Assembly: GCA_039027815.1 (NCBI GenBank)
Contig: JBCCJK010000009.1
Coordinates: 9,724 to 73,723, forward strand
DNA length: 64,000 bases
Direction: 5' to 3'
DNA from: Verrucomicrobiota bacterium
GTDB taxonomy: Bacteria > Verrucomicrobiota > Verrucomicrobiia > Verrucomicrobiales > JBCCJK01
In this document: positions 49,723-58,487 of the stretch, piece by piece
Position numbering within the stretch: the stretch's first letter is position 1
Layout: each line of letters begins with the position of its first letter
Program-made: the position numbers and the translations under genes
The notes under the pieces: generated by a model
What the model was told of the DNA's origin: nothing
The model's input: the letters and a program-made list of their open reading frames with translations, nothing else
Databases searched by the model: none

Positions 49723-50616
49723 ATGACCTTAGACCACCTGAAAACCTGGGCCGACCAGCCTCTCGACCCCCCCGCCAGACTGGCCGTCATTGGCGATCCA
49801 GTGCGCCACTCCAAATCGCCCGCCATGATGCAGCCGGCCATCGACGCCCTCGGACATTCGCTCCAATACGTCGCCCTCCAAGTCGCCGAAGGGGCCGTCG
49901 CCACCTGCATCGACCTCATGCGCCAAGCCGACTTCCTCGGTACCAACGTCACCGTACCCCACAAATTCGCCGCCTTGGAAGCCTGCGATGAGCTGGACGA
50001 AAGCGCCCGCCAGCTGGGAGCCGTCAACACCATCCTCTTCCAAGATGGTCTCACCTACGGCTTCAATACCGACGGCCCCGGCTACGTCCGGGCCATTCGA
50101 GAAGACTTTCAGATCGACCTCCGGGACCTCCGCGTCCTCATCCTGGGAGCTGGCGGAGGAGCCGGGGCCGCCCTGGCCCGCCAATGTGCCCTCGAAGGCT
50201 GTGAGCGGATCGTGCTGGCCAACCGAACCCTGGAAAAGGCCGAGGCCGTCGCCCGAGACTGCCGCACGCTCTACCGGAGTGAACATCTCGAAGGCCCCAT
50301 GGACCGCATCTTGGCCATCCCCCTGGAAGACCTCCCACTGCGGGAGCAACTGGAGTTCACCGACCTCGTCATCCAGGCCACCTCCATCGGGCTCAAGCCG
50401 ACTGACCCTAGCCCGCTCTCCCCCAGCCTCCTCTCACCGCACCTCCTGGTCAGCGACCTCATCTACCGGGACACCAAGCTCCTGCGAGCGGCCCACCAGG
50501 CCGGCTGCCGAATCGCCAACGGCCAAACCCTCCTCCTCCACCAAGGCGCCCTCGCTTTCACCCACTGGTTCGGCCAAGAGCCCGATCTTCGAGCCATGCG
50601 GGCGTGCTTGACGTGA
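49723..50616 (+). CDS. aroE: Shikimate dehydrogenase
   Basis: VIGDPVRHSKSPAMMQ, NVTVPHK and ILGAGGGAGAA (NADP fold). Confidence 0.92.
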   Translation: MTLDHLKTWADQPLDPPARLAVIGDPVRHSKSPAMMQPAIDALGHSLQYVALQVAEGAVATCIDLMRQADFLGTNVTVPHKFAALEACDELDESARQLGAVNTILFQDGLTYGFNTDGPGYVRAIREDFQIDLRDLRVLILGAGGGAGAALARQCALEGCERIVLANRTLEKAEAVARDCRTLYRSEHLEGPMDRILAIPLEDLPLREQLEFTDLVIQATSIGLKPTDPSPLSPSLLSPHLLVSDLIYRDTKLLRAAHQAGCRIANGQTLLLHQGALAFTHWFGQEPDLRAMRACLT

Positions 50617-50627
50617 ATCCAGGCCTA

Positions 50628-50833
50628 ATACCAAGCTGCAGAATTCACTGGTAGAATGGCCGAGTGGATTTCGGGCCAGACCAAGGCGCGACGAGGGCGC
50701 GGTGCAGGCACCGTAACCGAGGAGCAACGCAGGGCTGGCTCGAAAGACACCGGCTCTCCCTTCCCCGCGCTTCAGCGCCTCTTCCCCTCACCACCTTCCC
50801 TCCATTCTTCCAGTGTATTCTGGAGGTTGGTAT
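50628..50833 (+). repeat. Copy C of the ~206-nt TIR-bounded repeat family (full length)
   Basis: Begins 12 nt after the aroE stop. Termini are ATACCAAGCTGCAGAATTCACTGGTAGAATGG ... CCATTCTTCCAGTGTATTCTGGAGGTTGGTAT. Confidence 0.9.
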
Positions 50834-50882
50834 CATCCCCCCCTTCCAAAGAGCAGCAGAGAACAAAAAGACAAACCAGCCG

Positions 50883-51674
50883 CTACCTCCCAGAAGCCGC
50901 CAAAAACCGTTCCAAGCGCCCTCGATCCACTGGCTTCGTCCAAAGTCCTTCCTCCTTGACCCAACTCCCCACAATCACCCCATCCCCCACCCGGAGAAAC
51001 TCCTCCACGTTGACTGCGGTCGCGCCCGAGCCCACCAAGACTGGCACGGCACTCAGGGCCTTGACGGCACGGACCTCCTCCAGGCTGGCTTCCTCCCCGG
51101 TATGCGCTCCCGTCACGATCAAGCCATCGGTCAGGAAGAACTCGGCAGCCCGGGCGCACTCTACCAGATCCAAGTCGCCGGTGATGGCGTGGGAACTGTG
51201 CTTCTTCTTGATGTCGGTCAGCAAGCGAATCTCCTCGGCCCCGATCCTCTTGCGATAGCGGAGCAAGGCCGCGGCCTGGGAATCGATGTAGCCCTCATCG
51301 GCTACGTGAGCGAAAACAAAGCCCTCCACTCGGACGAATTCCATCCCGCTCGCCAAGGCCACGGCCAGGGCCTCTTGGTTGGCAGCTGCTAAAATCTGCA
51401 GGCCGAGCGGGCGATCAAACACTTCTCTCACCGCCATCGCGACCGCCGTCATCCCCGCCGTCACCTCAGGAGCCGCCCTCCCTTTTTCATAGGGACGATC
51501 GTGCATGTTCTCGATCATGAGCGCGTCCACCCCAGAAGCTTGGTAGATCTCCGCCTCCCGAACGCATTGGCCGATGATTTCCCGCATCGAAAGCGAGTGG
51601 CAAGGCGTGCCCGGTAAAGCAGGCACATGAATCATACCCACGACCGCTTTGCGCTCCTCCCAAGGCAAACTCAT
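50883..51674 (-). CDS. BtpA/SgcQ-family TIM-barrel protein
   Basis: 263 aa with VVGMIHVPALPGTP...ALMIENMHDRPY...VEGFVFAHVADEG...VLVGSG, characteristic of the BtpA family. Confidence 0.8.
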   Translation of the reverse strand: MSLPWEERKAVVGMIHVPALPGTPCHSLSMREIIGQCVREAEIYQASGVDALMIENMHDRPYEKGRAAPEVTAGMTAVAMAVREVFDRPLGLQILAAANQEALAVALASGMEFVRVEGFVFAHVADEGYIDSQAAALLRYRKRIGAEEIRLLTDIKKKHSSHAITGDLDLVECARAAEFFLTDGLIVTGAHTGEEASLEEVRAVKALSAVPVLVGSGATAVNVEEFLRVGDGVIVGSWVKEEGLWTKPVDRGRLERFLAASGR

Positions 51675-51689
51675 GCCCCAGGCCTAACC

Positions 51690-51724
51690 CAAAATCGCCA
51701 ATCAGAAATCGAAAATCGAAAATC
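51690..51724 (-). repeat. Five tandem heptamers GATTNNN (GATTTTC GATTTTC GATTTCT GATTGGC GATTTTG on the minus strand)
   Basis: Read directly from the sequence. The array starts inside the deaD stop codon and ends 15 nt upstream of the btpA ATG. Confidence 0.6.
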
Positions 51725-53399
51725 AGGCCCCTCTCCGATCATAGTCCGAGCGAAAGCCCCGCCCCTTCAAGCGAGAATCGCGGATCCCGGAAAGAACTCG
51801 ATCCGCATGCTCCTTCGGCACGTCCACCAAGGTGTGGCGTGGAAAAATCGTCACCTTGCCCAAGGACCCATCCGGAATCTGGGACTCCCGATAAATCATC
51901 CCAATGATCTCGCGGGCCTGCACTCCACTCTGGCGACCAATCGCCAAGAAGAGCCGCGCCATTCCCTGCGGGGCCGCCTCCAGCGGGGCCCGTTCGAACT
52001 TCTTGCCCGCTCCTCCTTCTCGCTCCCGCCGCTCCCGTCGCGGCCCTCTCTCAGGACGCTCGTCCTCCCGGTCTTCGATGATCTCCTCCCCCTCGCGAAC
52101 ATCGATTTCGTGCAAAAGCCCCAAAACCGCACCGGCGATATCCGTTGCGGGATGCCCTTGGTCGAGCAGGCGATCCACCTGTTCGGCATACTCATTCCCA
52201 TTGCCTGCTTCCAACCGCTCCCGGACCGTCTCAAACAAGCGATCCACCCGCTTCCCTTCCACCTCTTCTTGCGAGGGGATCTTGCCGCGCCGGATTTGCT
52301 GGCGAGTGTATTTTTGGATGCTCTGGAGTCGATAGACCTCGCGGCCAAAAACAAAGCTGACCGCCGAGCCCGACCGTCCCGCCCGCCCCGTCCGGCCAAT
52401 CCGGTGCACGTAGTCCTCTGGATCTTGAGGAAGGTCATAATTGAAGACCACATCGATCTCCTCCACATCCAAGCCGCGGGCCGCCACATCCGTAGCCACC
52501 AGAAGCTCGACCGTTCCCTCGCGAAAGCGTTTCAAAACTCGTTCCCGCATCGCTTGGGTGATATCGCCATGCAGCCGATCGGCGGCGTAGCCACGCGCCA
52601 GCAAGGCCTCCACGCATTCGTCGACCGCCCGCTTGGTATTGCAGAACACAATCCCCAACCGGGCACTCCCCATATCGAGCAAACGGGAAAGCACCTCCAC
52701 CTTGGAGCGGCCGCGCACCTCGTAGTAGCACTGGTCGACGGTCGCCACCGTCTTGGCCTTCTGCTTGACCTCGACCTTCTCGGGATGACGCCCGAATTGA
52801 TCGATCAAACGCTCGACCGTCCGCTGCATGGTCGCCGAGAAAAAAAGCGTTTGGCGGGCCGCGGGCAAAGCCCCCAGAATCGCTTCCATGTCTTCCACGA
52901 AGCCCATATCGAGCATGCGATCGGCTTCATCCAAGACCGCCAAGCGCACTTTCGAGAAATCGATGTTCCGCCGGTCCATATGGTCCATAATCCGCCCGGG
53001 CGTCCCCACCACGATGTGCGCCCCACGTCGCAATTGCCGAACTTGCCGCTCGTAGGGTGCCCCTCCGTAGACCGGGACCGCTCGCAACCCGCTCAACTTT
53101 GCGCCCATCCGGTGAATCTCCTCGCAGACCTGCATGGCCAGCTCGCGCGTGGGACAGAGAATGAGAGCTTGGGTTTCGTGAGAGAGGGTATCGATCCGCT
53201 CCAGGAGCGGAAGGCCGAAGGCGGCCGTCTTGCCGGAGCCCGTCGCAGACAGACCCACCAAGTCCCGCCCCTCCAAGGCGGGTGGAATGGCGAGCGCTTG
53301 GATGGGCGAAGGACGCTCGAAACCCAAGTCCTCCAGCGCAGACAAAAGCTCCGGCCGCAAGCCAAGTTCGGAAAAGGGAGGCGTATTCATAAGAACCAT
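51723..53399 (-). CDS. deaD: DEAD-box ATP-dependent RNA helicase (DeaD/CsdA-like, DbpA-type C-terminal RNA-binding domain)
   Basis: Q-motif and GFERPSPIQ, AxTGSGKT, DEAD ([13 protein letters not shown]), SAT and [10 protein letters not shown]. The C-terminus is rich in R/E/G. Confidence 0.92.
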   Translation of the reverse strand: MVLMNTPPFSELGLRPELLSALEDLGFERPSPIQALAIPPALEGRDLVGLSATGSGKTAAFGLPLLERIDTLSHETQALILCPTRELAMQVCEEIHRMGAKLSGLRAVPVYGGAPYERQVRQLRRGAHIVVGTPGRIMDHMDRRNIDFSKVRLAVLDEADRMLDMGFVEDMEAILGALPAARQTLFFSATMQRTVERLIDQFGRHPEKVEVKQKAKTVATVDQCYYEVRGRSKVEVLSRLLDMGSARLGIVFCNTKRAVDECVEALLARGYAADRLHGDITQAMRERVLKRFREGTVELLVATDVAARGLDVEEIDVVFNYDLPQDPEDYVHRIGRTGRAGRSGSAVSFVFGREVYRLQSIQKYTRQQIRRGKIPSQEEVEGKRVDRLFETVRERLEAGNGNEYAEQVDRLLDQGHPATDIAGAVLGLLHEIDVREGEEIIEDREDERPERGPRRERREREGGAGKKFERAPLEAAPQGMARLFLAIGRQSGVQAREIIGMIYRESQIPDGSLGKVTIFPRHTLVDVPKEHADRVLSGIRDSRLKGRGFRSDYDRRGA

Positions 53400-53544
53400 C
53401 CCCCGCCGTCAGGGAGCGAAGGGCGCGGAGTCTCGTTCGGAATACACAGAAAGCAAGAAATGCCGAAAAGAACGTCCCCCGAAATGGTAGACAGGGGGTG
53501 CTTGGTTTGAGAACTTTAGAATCCGGTCACTCGAGGCGTGTCTT

Positions 53545-53750
53545 ATACCAAGCTCCAGAATTGGCTGGTAGAATGGCCGAGTGGATTTCGGGCCAGACCA
53601 AGGCGCGACGAGGGCGCGGTGCAGGCACCGTAACCGAGGAGCAACGCTGGGATGGCTCGAAAGACACCGGCTCTTCCTTCCCCGCGCTTCAGCGCCTCTT
53701 CCCCACAACACCTCCCCTCCATTCTTCCAGTGTATTCTGGAGGTTGGTAT
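53545..53750 (+). repeat. Copy D of the ~206-nt TIR-bounded repeat family (full length)
   Basis: Collinear with copy C over all 206 nt. Its 3' end lies 8 nt from the stop codon of the minus-strand MFS gene. Confidence 0.9.
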
Positions 53751-53758
53751 GAAGAGGC

Positions 53759-55114
53759 TCACTCGTTCGCTTTTTGCTTGAGCAATTCGCCGATCTTTTC
53801 TCCTTTCGTTTGCCAACGCACGAAGGCAAAGAGCAGTCCCACCGTCACCAGAAAATACCACGGCCACCAGGTGAGGGCCTCTCCAAAAACCGCCGTCTCC
53901 TGATCCCCGTCCTCTGGCACCGGGACCCGCCCACTCAGGTAGGCCGTTTGCCAGCCGAAAAGAAGCGTGGCCCCACCATAGGCTAAATTCATGGAAAGTC
54001 CCTTGATGCTGAGCGTGGTGGCTCGCCGATCCGAAGGCGTCGCTTCATTCAAATACACGGTCTGAAAATACATGGCAAAGCGCATGGCAAAAGCCACCGG
54101 AATCACCATCAAGACACCCCAATAGGGAATGGCCAGAGACAGGCCCACCAAGCCCAGGAAGGTCAGGAGCGCCGTGATTCCTAAATTGGTTTCCGGTCGG
54201 AGGCGCGCGTGCATCTTCTCGGAAAGCCCCGCGATGAACAAGCCAATCAAGGAAGCGGCTGCCCCCAGAAAGCCATAAAAGGCCTCAGGAATCTCCACCA
54301 AACGATAGTAGGAACTCACCAAGGTCAGGTGGGTTCGGATGATGCTGTCGAAGGTCAGACCGACCGCGATCAAGATCAGCACCAGGGGTGTTCTCAAAAC
54401 CCATTTGGTGGTCCGAAAGGTCTGCCCAAACGCTTCCTGGACCGGACTGGCCGAACCTTTTTGAATCGGCAGTGGGTCTCGCATCCGAAGAGCCACCACC
54501 AGGGCGGCCACTCCCGTAAAACAGTTCAACAGGGCCGGCCAGCGCACCGTGTCGCTCTGCTCCAGTTCCCACCCGAGGCCCAACCAACCAGCCAGCTTCG
54601 TCATCCAGCCGGGATCGTAGGAAACCGCGCCCAAGACCGAAGTCACGAAAAAGACCACGCTCGACCAACGCATCAGCCCGGCATTCACCTTGGCCCAGCG
54701 CCTCTCTCTGCCCTCCTCGGGAAGAGAATCGTAGGCCAGCGCCTCATCCGCCCCGCTGGCGGCCGCCTCCGCCGCCCCACTCAAGACCCGGTTGAAAGCA
54801 AAAACCGCAAAGAGCCAAGGACTCCCCACTGGCATGGAGGCTAAAATCACCATTTCGACGACCATCAGGACAGCCGCAAAAACGATGAGCGCCTTACGCC
54901 CCACGATGTCCGCGAGAGCGCCCGAGGGCACCTCCAGCAGCACAATGGCTCCTGCCCAAATCGCATTCAGCCAAGCGAACTCCGCCATGCTCAGCCCATA
55001 GTCGAGAAACATGATGGCGTAGACCGGGTAGTAGAACCGGCAATTGAAGAACAAGCGCCAGAGCACGAAGAGGCGCGTGTTGCGCTGGGCGAGTTCTTCG
55101 TTGGCGGCCGACAT
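53759..55114 (-). CDS. MFS transporter
   Basis: 451 aa with about 12 hydrophobic helices and the loop 2-3 motif GALADIVGRK. Confidence 0.85.
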   Translation of the reverse strand: MSAANEELAQRNTRLFVLWRLFFNCRFYYPVYAIMFLDYGLSMAEFAWLNAIWAGAIVLLEVPSGALADIVGRKALIVFAAVLMVVEMVILASMPVGSPWLFAVFAFNRVLSGAAEAAASGADEALAYDSLPEEGRERRWAKVNAGLMRWSSVVFFVTSVLGAVSYDPGWMTKLAGWLGLGWELEQSDTVRWPALLNCFTGVAALVVALRMRDPLPIQKGSASPVQEAFGQTFRTTKWVLRTPLVLILIAVGLTFDSIIRTHLTLVSSYYRLVEIPEAFYGFLGAAASLIGLFIAGLSEKMHARLRPETNLGITALLTFLGLVGLSLAIPYWGVLMVIPVAFAMRFAMYFQTVYLNEATPSDRRATTLSIKGLSMNLAYGGATLLFGWQTAYLSGRVPVPEDGDQETAVFGEALTWWPWYFLVTVGLLFAFVRWQTKGEKIGELLKQKANE

Positions 55115-55228
55115 CGTGTTCCCTCCTACTTCCTCTCTCTCGAATGGACAGAAAAAACTCAGCGCGGGGAGAGGGGCTGCCCCCGGCCGACACCCCTCCC
55201 GCGAGAGCGCAGGCCCCCTCCTCGGGCT

Positions 55229-58200
55229 TCAGACAGACTGGCCCGCCTCGGCCGCTTCGAGAGCCCTGTCCGGGGACAAGTCCTTTCCGAAAAGCCTCCC
55301 CAAGAGGGCTTTGATGTCTTCCAAAACGAGGTAGACCGAAGGCACCAGAATCAGGGTGATGAGCGTGGCAAACAAAATGCCGAAGCTCAAAGAGACCGCC
55401 ATCGGGATCAAAAACTTGGCCTGCAAATCCTGCTCCAGCAGCATCGGCATGAGACCGGCAAAGGTCGTGAGCGAAGTCAGCGTGATGGCCCGAAAGCGGG
55501 CCGAGGCAGCTCGCACGGCCGCTTCCCGCACTGTGGCCGATTCCTTGCGATGGCGATTGACATAATCGACCAACACCAAGCTGTCATTCACCACCACCCC
55601 GGCCAAAGCCACGATCCCACACATAGACATGATGCTCAGCTCCAAACCGAGAATCAAATGCCCCACCACGGCCCCGAGAATCCCAAAGGGGATGACGGAC
55701 ATGATGATCAGGGGTTGGATGTAAGAGCGCAGGGGCACGGCCATCAGCACATACATCATCAGCAATGCCAAAAGAAACTTCTGGCCCATCTGCGTGATGC
55801 TTTCGTTTTGGTCCTTCTGCTCCCCTTCAAAGGTCCAGCGAACGCCCGGGAACTCCTCCGGGAGCGGGTCCAGGACTTCCTTGGTGAAACGACCGACCAC
55901 CTGATTGGCATTGGCCACCTCGCTATCGACATCTGCCTGGATATTGACAGTCCGCTGCCGGTCGGTTCGCAGAATGGCAGAGGCTCCCCGCCCGGGCTCG
56001 GGAATCGCCACCTGAAGCAGGGGCACCTCCATGCCTTGGGGAGTGCGGATTTTCATCTCCTCAAGACTGTTCACGGAGCGCCGCTCCTCCTCGGGGTAAC
56101 GCACCATGACTTTGATCTCGTCCTTACCCCGCTGGAGCCGCTGCGCCTCGTCGCCGAAGAAGGCGTGCCGCACTTGGAGCGCAATATCATCCAAACGCAG
56201 CCCGAGGGCCTTGCCCGCCGGAGTGAGTTCGCGAAAACGAATTTCTTCCCGTCCCAAACGATTGGAATCAGAAATTCCAAAGACGCCCGGATAGTCCTCC
56301 AGGCGCTCTTTCACATGCTGGGTGGCCGCGTCGAGCTGGCGGAGATCCGAACCCGTAATCGCCAGGTCGATGGCCGCCCCACCGCGGGCGGTTTCCGTGA
56401 TGTAACTCAACTCCAGCACCCCCGGAATGACCCCAGCCAACTCCCGCCAACGCTGCAGGATGCGCTCGGCGGCCACGTCCCGAGTGGCCGCTGCCACCAA
56501 CTCCACCGTGACCTCCCCGAGGTAGCTGCCCTGAGGACCGCCCTCGTCCACCACGCTGACCGTGAAAGGCTGCCCGCCCGAAGTCGCCAACACATGGACC
56601 ACCGCCGGGTTCCCTTCCCGATCCTGAAATTCCTCATTCAGCTTCCAGGCAGCCGATTCCAAACGGCGCACTGCTTCTTCGGTATCGACGAAGGGTGCCC
56701 CCAGGGGCATCTCGATCTTGGCCGAGATCACATCCCCTTCCACTTGCGGGAAGAACTCCGTCTTGATCCATCCTCCGGCGATCAATCCCAAAATCACACA
56801 GAAGGCCACCCCGAAACAGCCAATCACCAAATAGCGAAAGCCGAGCGCCCGTTGGATGAATGGCTGATAGCGCTTTTGAATGAACTTCTCCAAGCCATCC
56901 GAAACCCCTCTTTGCCAGCGAGTGATCGGACCGACTTTCTTGTGGGGGTCGCGCGGCTTTAAAAAGGCCAAGTGCGCTGGCAGGACCAACTTCGACTGGA
57001 CCAGCGAAAAGAGCAGCGTGGGAATCACCACCAAAGGAATGTTCGGCCAGATCTTGCCACTGGCTCCGCTCAGACCGAGCATCGGGGTGAAGGCGGCCGC
57101 GGTCGTGAGCACCCCGAAAATCACAATCACCCCCACCTCATGGGTCCCCCGCCAGGCCGCTTCCCTCGGGGGAATGCCTTGCTGGATTTGGGTGTAGACG
57201 TTCTCACCTACCACGATGGCATCGTCCACCACGATTCCCAATACCAGGATGAAAGCGAAGAGCGAAATCATATTGATCGAGACGCTCAGCTCCGGCATCA
57301 TCCAAATCCCTCCCGCGAAGGCGACCGGGATTCCCAAGGCCACCAACATCGCCAGGCTGGGGCGCAAAAAGACGGCTAAGACCAGCATGACCAGCAGAAA
57401 CCCGGCCAGCGCATTTCGCTGCATGAGATCGAGTCGGCCTTGCAAATACTTGCTCTGGTCATTCCAGATTTCCAGCGTGATGCCTTCCGGAAAAAGATCC
57501 TTGGCTTGCGCCAGGTATTGTTTGACCGCCTTGGCGATCACCAGGGTGTCCTGTTCTCCCACCCGGAAGACATTCACCAAAATGGAGGGCTGGCGGTCGA
57601 AGCGGGAATTGAGATCGATGTCTTCGAATCCATCTTCGATCTGGGCCAAGTCTCCCAAGTAGACCTGCGAGCCATCGGCGCGGGTCTTCACGACCACACT
57701 GGCAAAGTCCTCTTCAGTGTAGCGCTTGCCCATGGCGCGGACCACCACCTCCCCAGCACTCGTTCTCATGGAACCAGCGGGAAGATCGAGCGAGGAGCGC
57801 CGGACCGCATTGGCCACTTCCTGCAAGCTGAGATCAAACTTGCGGAGGGTGTTTTCGGGAACCTCGATCGAGATTTCATAAGGACGGGCCGCAGCCAACT
57901 CCACTCGCGTAATTTGGGTTTCGCCTCGGAGCATCTGCGCCACTCGATCTCCGAAACCTTCGGCCTCCGGCACATAGGTCAGCAAATCGTCGCGCACCCT
58001 CTCTCCCAGACCCCGCAGGGTCTTCTCATCCGTGTCGGCCGAGATGGTGATGCTGAGCACCTGGGACTGCACTTGGACCTGCTCCACGATGGGCTCCTCG
58101 GCCTCCTCGGCGAAGTTGTCGATGGCATCGACCTCCGTTTTGATCTCATCCATGACATCGCGCGTGGCATAGCCATTTTCCACTTCCACCGTCACGGTGC

Positions 58201-58468
58201 CATACCCTCGCGAACTCCGCGAAGTCATACGCCGGATGCCCTCGACATCCGCAATGGCCTCTTCGATCGGGATGACCACCCCCTCCTCCACCTCATCGGG
58301 CGTGGCGTTCTCGTAGATGACCTGGACGGAAACGGCATCCAAGGTCAATTCCGGGAAAATTTCCTTCCGGAGTTGGAACCACGTGATGATCCCTCCCATC
58401 AGGATGGCCAGCATCATGAAATTGCCCGCGACGTGGTTGCGGGAACACCATTGAATCAATTTTTCCAT
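55229..58468 (-). CDS. RND efflux permease (AcrB/AcrD/AcrF family)
   Basis: 1079 aa with two 6-helix bundles and large periplasmic loops. It is the last gene of the tetR-OMF-MFP-RND cluster. Confidence 0.92.
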   Translation of the reverse strand: MEKLIQWCSRNHVAGNFMMLAILMGGIITWFQLRKEIFPELTLDAVSVQVIYENATPDEVEEGVVIPIEEAIADVEGIRRMTSRSSRGYGTVTVEVENGYATRDVMDEIKTEVDAIDNFAEEAEEPIVEQVQVQSQVLSITISADTDEKTLRGLGERVRDDLLTYVPEAEGFGDRVAQMLRGETQITRVELAAARPYEISIEVPENTLRKFDLSLQEVANAVRRSSLDLPAGSMRTSAGEVVVRAMGKRYTEEDFASVVVKTRADGSQVYLGDLAQIEDGFEDIDLNSRFDRQPSILVNVFRVGEQDTLVIAKAVKQYLAQAKDLFPEGITLEIWNDQSKYLQGRLDLMQRNALAGFLLVMLVLAVFLRPSLAMLVALGIPVAFAGGIWMMPELSVSINMISLFAFILVLGIVVDDAIVVGENVYTQIQQGIPPREAAWRGTHEVGVIVIFGVLTTAAAFTPMLGLSGASGKIWPNIPLVVIPTLLFSLVQSKLVLPAHLAFLKPRDPHKKVGPITRWQRGVSDGLEKFIQKRYQPFIQRALGFRYLVIGCFGVAFCVILGLIAGGWIKTEFFPQVEGDVISAKIEMPLGAPFVDTEEAVRRLESAAWKLNEEFQDREGNPAVVHVLATSGGQPFTVSVVDEGGPQGSYLGEVTVELVAAATRDVAAERILQRWRELAGVIPGVLELSYITETARGGAAIDLAITGSDLRQLDAATQHVKERLEDYPGVFGISDSNRLGREEIRFRELTPAGKALGLRLDDIALQVRHAFFGDEAQRLQRGKDEIKVMVRYPEEERRSVNSLEEMKIRTPQGMEVPLLQVAIPEPGRGASAILRTDRQRTVNIQADVDSEVANANQVVGRFTKEVLDPLPEEFPGVRWTFEGEQKDQNESITQMGQKFLLALLMMYVLMAVPLRSYIQPLIIMSVIPFGILGAVVGHLILGLELSIMSMCGIVALAGVVVNDSLVLVDYVNRHRKESATVREAAVRAASARFRAITLTSLTTFAGLMPMLLEQDLQAKFLIPMAVSLSFGILFATLITLILVPSVYLVLEDIKALLGRLFGKDLSPDRALEAAEAGQSV

Positions 58469-58487
58469 GCCGGTATCGAGCTAAAGG

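Noticed and set aside
50650-50720. tRNA-like D-arm motif TGGCCGAGTGG inside the repeat, which might suggest a class II tRNA or a tRNA-derived SINE
   Set aside because: I could not fold a cloverleaf. There is no anticodon stem partner, no T-arm GTTCRANYC and no acceptor pairing, so the match is limited to ~11 nt.
50628-50833. The repeat as a 6S RNA, given its ~200-nt length and closed terminal stem
   Set aside because: Four dispersed copies, one truncated, one fused into a coding tail, and inverted-repeat termini fit a mobile repeat better than a single-copy housekeeping RNA. No central-bubble architecture was evident by hand.
50656-51258. ORFs reading through the repeat copies (MAEWISGQTKARRGRGAGTVTEEQRR..., also at 3337-3528, 32608-32802 and 53498-53752)
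   Set aside because: The frames have no conserved start or stop among copies, run out into unrelated flanks, and exist on both strands. The similarity is explained by nucleotide repeat identity rather than by coding.
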